Positions 53,691 through 64,000 of a DNA stretch of 64,000 bases are shown one piece after another. The notes beneath the pieces are model-generated. The model was not told where the DNA came from and did no database searches. It was given only the letters and a program-made list of their open reading frames with translations. Source of the stretch: Lama glama (Eukaryota); NCBI GenBank assembly GCA_028534125.1, contig CM052817.1:60824001-60888000 (forward strand). Reading direction: 5' to 3'. How positions within the stretch are numbered: position 1 is the first letter of the stretch; each line of letters opens with the position of its first letter. The translations under genes and the position numbers were made by a program.

Positions 53691-54600
53691 CTGAAGACTT
53701 AGTAGATGTTGGGCAAGCAGGGAGTGGAGGGAACTTATCCCGACAGAAGACACAGCACGTGATAAGCCTTTGGGAAGAGGCTGTAATATTCCAACCTTTA
53801 GGTCGGTGTGAGTAGAATGTTAGACTGAGAGTTGGAGAGTGATGACGGATGAGGCTGCAGTGATAGGAAGGGAGGTCAGATCGCCCAAGCTTGCTGGTCA
53901 CATCAGGACTTTTATGCTTTATACCAAGTGCAGTGTGAAGCCATAAAAGGGCTATCAGCCTGGAAATGACATGATATGATCTGGATTTGGAAAGAGCTCT
54001 CAGGATTTTGTGTGCAGAGCAAGTTGGAGAGGAAGATAATGGAAACACTTAGACCAGATGAAAAGCTAATGTGATAATCCAGGCAACAATTGCTAGTGGC
54101 TTGGCCCAGAGCAATGGCTATGGAAATGCAAGAAGTGGATGGATTTTAAACATATATAGGGGCGGGTTTAATAGATGCTGAAAAGATTCTTGCATAATAG
54201 ACTAATGACAGATAGAACGTGGATATGGAAGAAAAGGAGCAAAGGATGGCTTTGGGGTTCCCAGTTGAGTGAGTGTGTGGAAGAGACTACATTTGTGCGG
54301 AAGGGAATGACTGGCAGATGTGCTCGGTAGGAAAAGAAAATCAAATATATGTAGTCTGAGGCCATAATGTGGAGAGCCCCGTGCGCACTTGCTGCTTAGA
54401 GAAGCAATCTGGACAGGTGATAGAAAGATTGGGTCTAAAGAACATGAAAATGGTACTTAAAGCTATGAAAAGGAATAGTCTCGTTTAGAAAGAAAGAAGG
54501 AGAAGAGAACAGAAAAGCACAGGTCTGAGTAACTAACGTTTGATCAGAGAGAGGAAGAGAAATGTGATAGGAAGACTGAAAATAAGAGAAAGTTTTACTA
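53690..54600 (-). mobile_element. L2 fragment
   Basis: Antisense L2 motifs (aatgacatgatatgatctgga, taatccaggcaa, agaagtggatggattt, aaggatggctttggggtt). Confidence 0.65.
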
Positions 54601-55187
54601 AGGATGGAGTAGTTGCTTCCCACGGAACAGCACTTAATGAATCTTCAGCTCTGAGGCTACAGGAAGGGTTTATTCTCCTAGAACAACCATCACAGGTTCT
54701 GAGTCAGGGCGGTGGAGGAGCTGGAGGCCGGCCCCAGGGGTTGGTGGAGAGGCAGGGTCTCAGTAGGGCTTGGAGAAACTTCAGCTACTTCACAGTTTTA
54801 ATTTAAGACCAAGACATTTCTTTTTTACCCATGAAGCTTCCTCTGGAGAAAAGACATTAACTGTCACTCTGTATGTTTCATTTAACACACGAGTATGCTT
54901 CGACTCTGTTTGTCTCTTTCTAGAAGCTACACCAGCAGTTTGGGTCACTACCACAAAGTAGGCACAGTTTCTTCAGCTGTAGCTTCATGGTCCAAAAAGC
55001 AATCTCTGTGTAGAAACCTTTTACCCTCCTGCTGCTGCATAGAGCCATCTGCTTTCACCCTCCTCAAACTGCAGGTGCTAATAGTTACAGATCGGTCTAT
55101 AAAAATCACTAAGAGGGAAATAAAACTTAAGATTATCCCATTTTTCTGAGCTAACAAATTATACATGTTTCCAGACTGGTCACTTAC

Positions 55188-55233
55188 CTCTCCCCGACTT
55201 GGTACAGAACACATACTTTGAAAGACTCCTAAT
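55188..55233 (-). other. candidate exon (46 nt; alternative acceptor at 55306)
   Basis: Acceptor ccacttttcctccag| and near-perfect donor GAG|GTAAGT. Confidence 0.3.
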
Positions 55234-56537
55234 CTGGAGGAAAAGTGGTCACTATTCCCCAAAACAATGCCACCTCTCCTACCCCACCCAGCCAAGGGGG
55301 CAGCACCTAGGAACAAACGTATTTCAGGAAATTCACCTCCTAGGAAATATGTTGGTGATTGCCTCCAATCCTGGCCTATTTGACGCTGCATGAACACCTC
55401 TGATTTTCCCTCGGCTGTGTTGATATTTCTCTACCCTAGTCTATCCTGGCCCCCTTGCCCTAGCCAGGACCCTCACAGAGTATAGGTCATAATGCCTAAG
55501 AAATTCCAAGAGCTTAACAAATGTTAGTTCCCCCCTCCTCTGCCTAGCTGCAGACCTAGATCTCAGCTTCTAGTTGACCTGATTACTTTCTTAACTCTGA
55601 ACCATTATAAATGCTAGTAATAAGGACCATTCTCACATTCACTATTACATGTAATAGTCACAATAACTATAAAAGTCACCTTCATAAAAATGTCATTGTA
55701 CCCTTTGTTTAGGTAGAAATTTCTTGAAAGGTAGGTTTTAAGTTACTCTTGATTGAGCCTTTGTTGATTGAAATACTTCAGAGTTCAGACAGCAGCCCCA
55801 CCTTCCGATAAACTAGGCAGAACCTCGGGGAGCTGTTGGGAACTGACCTCTCCACCGTCTACCTTCTGGTTAGACCTAGTTCTCTAATCCACGTAGAGCA
55901 GCTGTCTCCTTTGCCCACTTCAGTTGTCCCAATCACTTATTTTTAAGAAAAAGACTTTCAAAGATGTTTTTCAGGGCCAGTCTGGCTATAGTCTCGGCTC
56001 AGATCTTTTGAGACAAAGTATAGAGACATAGATGTTTATTACTTATGTTATTATCAGACAACTGGTTGTCTCGTTGTCTACAGAGCTATAAGACATAAGC
56101 CAAAACAATGCCTGAATTTTCTTCTTGAAATCTGAAATCACATTTCCCACAGTTATCACACATATATTTCTAATAGGAAAGAATGATGCAGTGATAATCC
56201 ATTTTACTATGTAGTATAATAGAAGGAAGCAGGGGGAGAAAATTTAAATTCTAATGACCTGAATTCTGGTCTTAGTTCTGTCAATTTTTGTTGAGTGATC
56301 TGAAGTTTTCAGAGCTTCAGGTCAGGCCATTTTCTTCTTCTGTTCTACTTACCTGAGAAGAGTGGCTAAAAACTGAAATGAGATAATACATTTGAAAGCA
56401 CTGAAAATTATTCCTGATATATTACTGATCATTTAGTGATTATATCATTTCAACAAACTGCTTCTATATATTCAGACTTAGTAAGTCCCATCTCAACCAT
56501 TTTAAAACCATTCAAAAGGAAGAGAATGATCTCAATC

Positions 56538-57235
56538 AGTGATTCTCACACCTGGCTGAGCTCACCTGGAAAACTTTAAAGCACATAGAGGTTCTCAGGC
56601 TCTACTTACCAAGGTTTAATTCAGTGGACATAGATACAGGCCCAGAAGACTATATTTTTTAAGTTTCTCAAGTAAGTTGCTGCAGCTTTCTTGGAAGAAG
56701 TTAGCAATGGGTGTTAACATTTTACCCTGAGACCTGGTAATTTTACTTCTAGAAATTTATCCTACCAATATACTTGAACAAGGGTGGAAGGATATGCTTA
56801 AAAGGGTTTTTACTGCAGCTTTGTTTATACTTAAAAAGTCCATTTGGATGTCCATCAGTGAGAGACCATTTAAATAAATCATGGCATGTCCACACCATTG
56901 AATGAAATGCTGACACTGACAGATGTCCAAGGCATGCATTAATCTTAAATTTTAAAAAGCAAATCATACAACAGTTTTATGATATGATCTTCTTAGTGAA
57001 ATGTAACAGATACTTACAGTGTGTACAAATTAATGTATAGGTGTATAAAAGATGCATGTTGAACTGTTAATAGTGGTCAAAACTGAGAAATAGTTTTGGG
57101 AAAGAAAGCAAAGGAAATGCGGGACTTTTACTTTTTAATTTATAAATTTATTTTTATAGTTTTTTTTCCTTATAGCATAAAAGTATTTCATTGGGGGGAA
57201 AAAAACCAACAATCCCCAAGCGATTCTGATGAGTC
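56538..57235. mobile_element. MER5-like hAT MITE split by an old sense L1 fragment (~56690-57200)
   Basis: MER5 start 'cagtgattctcacacctggctg...tcacctgga', with its continuation 'ccccaagcgattctgatg' at ~57213. The L1 part includes 'ttttacttctagaaatttatccta...ttactgcagctttgtttata...atgtccatcagt'. Confidence 0.55.
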
Positions 57236-57751
57236 ACATTTAAAAAACAGCAGATTAAGAAGCATGTTAATGTCCTCTTATCTGGCCTCCTTTATTACTA
57301 CTCTTACAATTTTTTTTAATTATGAAATGATTCATGGTGCTCTGTATTTTATCACTTTAGGTTTCGTCATTCAGCCCTTCCTGAATCTCCCTCATATATA
57401 TCCCAATATGAATCTGCTCATTCATCTAGTTTATGAATATAATATACTGAGTGCTTGTGCCCAGTATATGCCAAGTGCTATTAAGGCATTAGCAACAAAC
57501 AAGACTACAAGTCCTGCCCTCACAGACTGAGCATCGTAACTTTGCCGAGCCTCAGTCCCTTCATCTGTAAAATGGATATATTATTTTGAATATATTATAT
57601 TTTCTCATAGGGTTTTTCTGGGGGTGGAAATAAATGTGTGTAAAGCAGCATAAAGTCTAACATAGAAGTGATGAGTAATTCTAAGCTGTAGTAATTTTCG
57701 CTTTTATCATCATCGTTTTTTCATGACTAACTGCTTGATTCAGTGTGAATT

Positions 57752-57769
57752 TTCTGGGAAAACGAAACT
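57752..57769. promoter_or_regulatory. overlapping GAS (TTCTGGGAA) and ISRE/IRF (GAAAACGAAACT) motif
   Basis: Exact matches to TTCN3GAA (57752-57760) and GAAANNGAAACT (57758-57769). Function is untested. Confidence 0.35.
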
Positions 57770-58852
57770 ACAAAAACTAAATTTCATATTTAGAATGTTA
57801 TTGTTGATGTTGTAAACAATTTGAAGCACATCTGCTTTACTAAATCACAGCAGATTTTAGAAGGCTTAGAGAAAAACAGAGTAGAAGTCAATTCAATGAG
57901 GCGAAATGTTGCCTCTGAGTCGTTTAATACACTTACACTCCTCAGCCACAGAACCCTGATTTCCTAGTTTTAACAGAGCAGATCACACAGCAGAGGCGGT
58001 GTACATGTGTAACAATAGACGACATTTTGCTCATGCCAGTGAGGATGAGAATCTCATTTGGACATAAGATTACCAGAGAGCAGTGGGTGACCCCTTAATC
58101 CTAACAGCGGATACTCCCATTAGTGGGAACCATAATTTCTGAAGCTTGGGAAATGAACTTCTCTTTCCATTTGCACTTGATCTTAAAAATTACAAAACAT
58201 GGGCTAAGCCAGTTTGAGCTTCTCCTTTTGTATTGACTCAAAAGCTAAATACGGTGCCAGATTCAACTATCCAATTAAATGTATTGTTTTAAAATGAAAA
58301 CAATCACACTTTCAATTTTACTGAAGATGACAATTGCAGTTGCTTTAGCTATATACATTTGGTTTTGTTTTTCCTTTTTTTCTTCTCGTTATTGTTGTTA
58401 TTGTTGGCAGAGGTAACTTTTCTTTCAGCAGTGGGGAAAAAAAGACATGAAACAGTGGTTATTAGTGGACTTTCTAGCATGGTCCCCAGTTAGGTTAGTC
58501 CCTCCCAGCCCTTGCAGCAAGGGCTTGGTTGTGTGATTCTATTAACTCTAATAAGAAACCCCTGTAGAACTACTCTGAGAGTGTAATAATGAACAACAAG
58601 TGATTTTGTGCCAAAGGATCAGAAAATTCTCCATATAAATATATAGGTCTTTGGTATACTCTAAAAACTAAGTTTTAAATCGAGAAAGAATAAAGGGCAA
58701 GCAATATCCTCAAGTTCATAAATCGTAAAAATTATTTTGTGGTGGAAAGAGGGAGTTACTAAGTATTCACTTAACAAATTATTGCGTAACAAAATGCCTA
58801 GTACTTCCACTTGGAAATAGCTACAAACGTAAATTCAGTGCAACTTGGGCTG

Positions 58853-59380
58853 TGAAATGGTCCTCCCTGGTACAAAGCCTTTCTGGGTCCCCTGTTTCTT
58901 GTTTGTAGGAAGTAACCTTCATTCAGCCTCCTTGACATTCCCCGGGCTCCAAAGGGCAGATTCAAACAGTTGCGTGTCAGGGAAAGGAGGGGATGCAGAA
59001 ACAAAGGAGCAGTTAAGAAACAATAGTGCAGCCTTGAGGCAGGGCTCTGGTTTCTCCTCAAGGAACGTGTATAACAACACCTTGAGTTCTGCAGGAAATA
59101 AGGCCCCACTTCAGGCTGAGCACAAGATTCCTGGAGCACTGCCCTGGTACCTCGCCACCAGCCAGTCAGAAGAAAGTCACACACCCTGCAGCCCTCCCCC
59201 CAAATTTTGCCTATAAAAACTGCTCCCTGAAAACCATCAGAGAGTTCAGGTTTTTTAGGCACTGAGTCACTCGTTCTCTTTGCTTGGCCCTGCAATACAC
59301 ATTTTTCTGCTCCAAACTCCAGCGTCTCGGTTTGTTTGGTCTCTCTGTGCATCAGGCACACCAACCTGCATTCGGTACCA
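58853..59380 (+). mobile_element. ERV1-class solo LTR (MER41-like artiodactyl family), 528 bp
   Basis: TG...CA ends with a perfect 4-bp TSD GCTG (58849-58852 / 59381-59384). TATAAAA at 59212-59218 and a variant polyA signal AATACA at 59294-59299. Confidence 0.85.
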
Positions 59381-59730
59381 GCTGCTCTTAAACAGCAGTG
59401 CGCTTGCAGTCACAGCCCCATAAGGCTGCTGCATAAGAATACTTCATTCTATGACTTATGTATGGGACCCTAGCTGGGTTATTCTGGAGACCTGGGTAAA
59501 TACTAGCCACAAGGCAGGATAGTCAACTGTCCTAACATGTACAGGCCTATATATATGTTTTTTTTTTCCTATAAATTCTTGAACTTCAGGTTTCAGATGT
59601 GGATTGCGATCTTTCTCAGGAATAGTTGTTTCGAGGCATGTTTTCACTGCCAGATTTAGTCTCAGCAGGACTACCAAGATGTAAGGAAGTATTAAGAGTT
59701 GAATAGAAAAGAATCAAAGCATTTTGGTAG

Positions 59731-60290
59731 TATCAAATCAAGAAATTTTCCTCTGCGCTTCTAGGTTCCTCTGGCTGGTCTAAGAATCAAGTTGACATGA
59801 GTCAAATAAACAGAAGAAAATCATACAGAAGTTTAATAACATGTATGCATGGGAAAAATCTAGAAAAACTGAGTATCTTCCCAAAGTGGCTGAAACTGTC
59901 ACCTTAAATACCATCTCCAGCTACAGACAAAAGAGGATGTTGGGGGAAATGGTTTGGGGCTTCAAAGGGGAGGAAGGCAATTCACATGAAGATAGAAAAG
60001 CAAATGTTTGGTAAACAAATGTTTGCTGAGCCTTGCAGAGACACTGGGACACAGAGCAGACTCTGATCTCTATGCCCTGCCAAGTTTCCCCCACCACACC
60101 TCACTCATATTCTTTGCAGTTATCCCTGGTGATAGCTATATTCTGGGAACAGGTCCTGGATTGAAATACTTTTAGGCAGTTAGGGGGAAAGCAAAAGTTT
60201 CTTCTTGAGACTTTTGTGTCTTGATTGTTTTCAGCTCGAAATAGTTCTGCACACTTAAGAGACATTTTAAGCAAACTGTGCTCTTCTACA
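59731..60290 (-). mobile_element. ERV1-class solo LTR, MER34-like
   Basis: Reverse strand starts tgtagaagagcacagtttgcttaaaatgtctc...tatttcgagctgaaaacaatcaaga...ctgcctaaaag, similar to MER34-type 5' ends. The left boundary is approximate. Confidence 0.7.
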
Positions 60291-60619
60291 TAGTCATGAC
60301 AGTTTTATGTTTGATGTGAATGTTATTTAAACCAATCAATATGACATATTACAATATATCATTTTAAACTAAGATATTCCTTTGAGATCTTTTCTGTTAC
60401 GTAGTGAGGCTGTTTCATTTGCTTAGTCTAGTAATTAAAATGGGCGTTTGGTCTAGCAGTTAATATTCATTGTTATTATTCTGTTTGGTCAACTCTGTTT
60501 CTCACTTGAAAATGCCCTAAGAAATAAATTCTCTTTAATAGATGCAAGTGTTTGCAAGTGTTGGCAAAAAGTCTCAGATTTTTTACAAGGGGGTGGAAGA
60601 GGGTATTTTTTACTCTTAC

Positions 60620-60698
60620 CTTGTTTACATGTATGTGTGTATTATATAAGACAAGCAGCTATCTTTCTCAAACTACATCTAGCAAAAGGTACGTAATC
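60620..60698 (-). other. candidate non-coding exon (79 nt)
   Basis: T15-AAG| acceptor and AAG|GTAAGA donor. Stop codons occur in all three frames. Confidence 0.35.
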
Positions 60699-60999
60699 CT
60701 TAAAAAAAAAAAAAAAGACCACCTGTGACATGACATCCATTAGGCCTGATCCTAACACTTCCTGAAAGATTGTCCAAAGTCCTGCTACTCCACTGAAGTA
60801 AAGTTGGAAGCAGTTGTTTACTTAATTGGAGGTCAAAAAAAGTCTCTGTCTATAAATAACTTTCTTCTTCTTCCATTCTGCTCTGTTTAGTTTAATTCTG
60901 AAAGCAATTAACTTTTTAAAGAGTTGGAAGACTGTTCTAAAACATACATATCTCCTTCTGACCCCTGGAATTTTCTGAGTAAATCAAATACCTTCATTC

Positions 61000-61203
61000 T
61001 AGACTCCACAAATAACCCCCATGTGTAGCTCTTCTCTCTGCTCTAATATTATGTTTGTGTGATTATTTAATTAATGCCAATCTCCCCCACCAGATGTGTG
61101 CTTGGGGAGGGCAGGAACTCTCTCCTGTCGCTTGTCATTGTTCCCAGCACCAGCTTAGGGCCTGGTATCTAGTAGCTGCTCAATAATTGTCTGTTAAATG
61201 AAT
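61000..61203 (+). mobile_element. L2 3' end
   Basis: 'tctcccccaccagatgtgtgcttggggagggcaggaact...gcctggtatctagtagctgctcaataattgtctgttaaatgaat'. Confidence 0.7.
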
Positions 61204-62357
61204 TTTACACCATATAAGGCACTTTGGAAAAATTGGGTAATCACCCTTTGACTTAGCTTTACTCATTTTTTTGAAAACCAGTCACCTTATATACACAAAA
61301 ACTGCTATACATATCTGTTTTTCAAGTGGAATATTATGTGTAAAATGTTTAAGTCATTCAGAAAAATTGCACACTAAAAATCATAGTTAATTTTTAAAGA
61401 TTATCTGATATTTGAAATCACTTATCTCAGAAGCATTCAAAAAAGACACTCTATGAAGTCTTACGGTGTCACCATGAGGTAAGTATTGTTTTTTAAGTTG
61501 CACAGGAAGTGTTTTCTACTCTAAGAAAAAGACCACTTGGTTATATTGGATGTAGGTTTCCTTGGGCATATGATGTCTAACAACTTAAAAACTTTCATAA
61601 AAGTATAGAAAAATCAATAAGTATAAAACATATTACAACCAAAAGCATCACTTTTTACCATCAGGAAAAGATGATCTACAGAATTAATCACAATTTCACC
61701 AAAAAAATGACTGAGTTTATTCTGAAGTCTGAGCTGAGACATCGTCTAGAGATGCTGTTGGGGTCTGTATTTACAGTAAGTCGTCATCTAAGAACTTGGC
61801 AAGCCAGGTTCCTACAGAGTATTGTGGGCATCCATCCTGAAAATTCCATCAATTATAAGTGTGGTCAACAGTGAATTTCTTTGTGGGTTTTTTTTTCCCA
61901 AGTGTAAATTCCCTTGTGAACAACAACATCAATAGAATATTTTTTACCCAGAAACATTCTGTAAGACTCCACACACCGAAAGGCAGAATAGAGCTCTGGA
62001 ACAGGAATCTGCATTATTCAGATGACTCCTCAGGGAGTTTTGAGGAGGCCAGTTGTAATTAGTCGGAACTTGTCTTTGAACAGAAGTCTAGAGCCACTTC
62101 TGCCAGGGAGAAAAATGCCTAAAGGCACTAAATGATTATAAGAATTGCAACCAAGATTTTGTTTAAAGGCATATACATCAGATAGCAAGCGTACTTCCCT
62201 CAAAATGCCCTATGGTTTTTTCATTTCTATTATTTGTAACCCCTCCCAAAATAACTTCAATGTGTGTCGAATGCTCCGTTCTACTTCTTGCTGGGTCTGA
62301 CAAGACATGGAGACTGACAGAGAGATAAGAGGACAGGTGAGGAGGAGCCGGAATTAC

Positions 62358-62366
62358 TTGTTTTGT

Positions 62367-62394
<28 letters not shown>
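62358..62394. repeat. (TTTTG)n pentanucleotide repeat
   Basis: Read directly from the sequence; six full units plus partial units. Confidence 0.9.
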
Positions 62395-62398
<4 letters not shown>

Positions 62399-62519
62399 CC
62401 TGTCATGTTAAAGAAAAGACTCAAAGGAAAACATAGATCATGGTGATAAATGTATTGTATCTTCATATTTCATTGTAGTTGTCAAGAGTTCTTGCCAAGC
62501 AATAAATGTTAAGTAAACC

Positions 62520-63800
62520 TGAGCCGCGGTGGGTTAGGTACAGGTACACTTCAGCTCCACATTTGGCCTCAAAATATTGCCTTTGTCCTGACGGTTTGCT
62601 TCACTGTCTTGGGTGGGTTAGGTAGGTGGATGGGGGCAAGGATGCCACCCTTTTATTTCCCCCTAAGTGTGTGGGTGTGCATGTGTGTGTATGAGAGACA
62701 GAGACAGAGAGATTGGGGGGAGTTTTAAAACCATTTCAGTTTCATTTTATTTCGATTTGCTCTTTGGTGTTGTTCAAAATGTACTAGTTTCTTCTATGAC
62801 ACAGCGGTTTTAGACAGTTGACTGAATTAGAAGACAAAATTGCATCAAACTTGCAAGATTTAAGGAAAATGGCCGTTTACAAAATAGTGTGGAGTTGGGA
62901 GGAGAGGGAGGCGTGGCTGGGATGGTTTTCAAAGGGGAAGGTGAACTAAGCTCAATGGCTGATGGGAAAACAGCCACAGTTAGTGTCTGCGCTCCACAGG
63001 GCTGGCCTGTCAGTCATCTCTCTCTTTTTCCTCACTCTTGGAATTCAGTACACAGGGAGGGGGAAGGGGATGGCACCGAGCCTCCTCCAGCTGAGGCGGG
63101 ACCAGAAGGGCAAAGGGCAGCTGCTCTCCTGACACCCCCTGCTTCCTGCGTGCTCCTCCTCCCCCTCCTGAAACGCCCTGCACCCTTTCTCTATATCGCA
63201 AAACTTGGAGCCTTGGTTCAAACAGCTGCCTCCTTTGTTACATTCTCTTTGATCACTTTTGCCAAAGTGACCTCACCTCCTTCCACAGAACTAAGTCGTG
63301 CTTCTTTTGTGAACCTCTCCAACACTCGCTTGCTGTAGGCTTCGTGTTCTGCCTCCCCCGGCCAAAAATAAAACAGACCCCAAAACAACAGTCTTTAGTT
63401 GTACGGCCTTACACAGATTACTCCACTTCCCTGTTCCTGAGTTTCTAAGTTTATAAAAATGGACGTAAAATTGGTAACAACCTCAGAGGGAGGTTCTGAG
63501 ACCTAACATAAGTGAATCGCCTTAAAGTGAACAATGCAGGTGAAGAGACCAGTGCTCAAAAAATGTGAGAAACAACTAGCTACTGTTACTGCCTACGGCC
63601 ACCTGGTGAGCACATATTCTATAGTCGCCCTTCCTAAATTTTACCTTTCATTCGGCGTATTGATTGATGCATCCTACAAGCAAACTGCAGTGGTAACTAC
63701 TGCCGCGCACACAAAGAGCCCTCAGACACCACTGCCTGACCCGAGGGGCGTGCGGACCTTTGGAAGAAGCAAAGCAAAACCACTTTAACAAAAGTCGTTA
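62520..63800. promoter_or_regulatory. CpG-enriched, largely transposon-free promoter/enhancer-like region (possible CpG-island shore)
   Basis: About 30 CpGs in ~1.3 kb by hand count, clearly above the window background. GC-box-like gaggcgtggc and gaggcggga, IRF-like TTTCAGTTTC at 62734-62743, and a minus-strand donor GAG|GTGAGG at 63277. Confidence 0.45.
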
Positions 63801-63847
63801 GAAAATCATCAGCAAACTTTCAGAGAGGGTTCAAATGATAGATAAAT

Positions 63848-64000
63848 CAGTGGTTTCCCCAAACCAGCTTGATTATCAGGATCCCCTGGGGAGATATTTA
63901 ACTATATAGATTCCAAGATCCCAACTTGGAACCAGAAAGTCAGAATCTCTGGTTTGTAGCCAACGAAATGCAAGTGATTCTGATGATCATCCAAGTGTGG
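63848..64000. mobile_element. MER5-like hAT MITE (runs to window edge)
   Basis: 'cagtggtttccccaaacc...tcaggatcccctgggga...tcagaatctctgg...gtgattctgatgatcatccaagt'. Confidence 0.65.

Noticed and set aside
58798..59364. Longest ORF (188 aa, minus strand)
   Set aside because: Lies almost entirely antisense within a solo LTR, with no gag/pol/env features.
1482..63788. ORFs in the supplied six-frame track as stand-alone genes
   Set aside because: All are under 190 aa, many start at non-ATG codons or lie in repeats, and none resembles a protein family I know. This is expected noise in mammalian non-coding DNA.
1..64000. Prokaryote-type systems (CRISPR arrays, operons, defence islands)
   Set aside because: The sequence is mammalian, with no regularly spaced repeat-spacer arrays or gene-dense segments.

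Overview
AT-rich eutherian genomic DNA, most likely camelid (alpaca/llama/camel). The evidence is three tRNA-derived SINEs matching my recollection of the camelid Vic-1 family, with no Alu, B1, Bov-A/BovB or PRE-1 elements seen. Much of the window is interspersed repeat: ancient L2, MIR, L1M, MER82, MER5, MLT1/MLT2 and LTR40-like elements, plus younger L1 3' ends, Vic-1 SINEs and two ERV1-type solo LTRs, several with readable target-site duplications (TSDs). I cannot recognise any protein-coding gene, RNA gene or miRNA, and most ORFs in the track are chance ORFs or lie in repeats. The window looks intergenic or intronic and may host a spliced minus-strand transcript starting in the CpG-enriched right end (~62.5-63.8 kb). 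The best-supported observations are an L1 insertion with an apparent ~41-bp 3' transduction and a 5'-inverted (twin-primed) L1. More speculative are a frame-compatible chain of small minus-strand candidate exons giving an unrecognised 106-aa ORF, and an overlapping GAS/ISRE motif near a pair of LTRs. Repeat family names come from remembered consensus sequences, not a search, and boundaries of old repeats are approximate. I found no firm evidence of a novel biological system.
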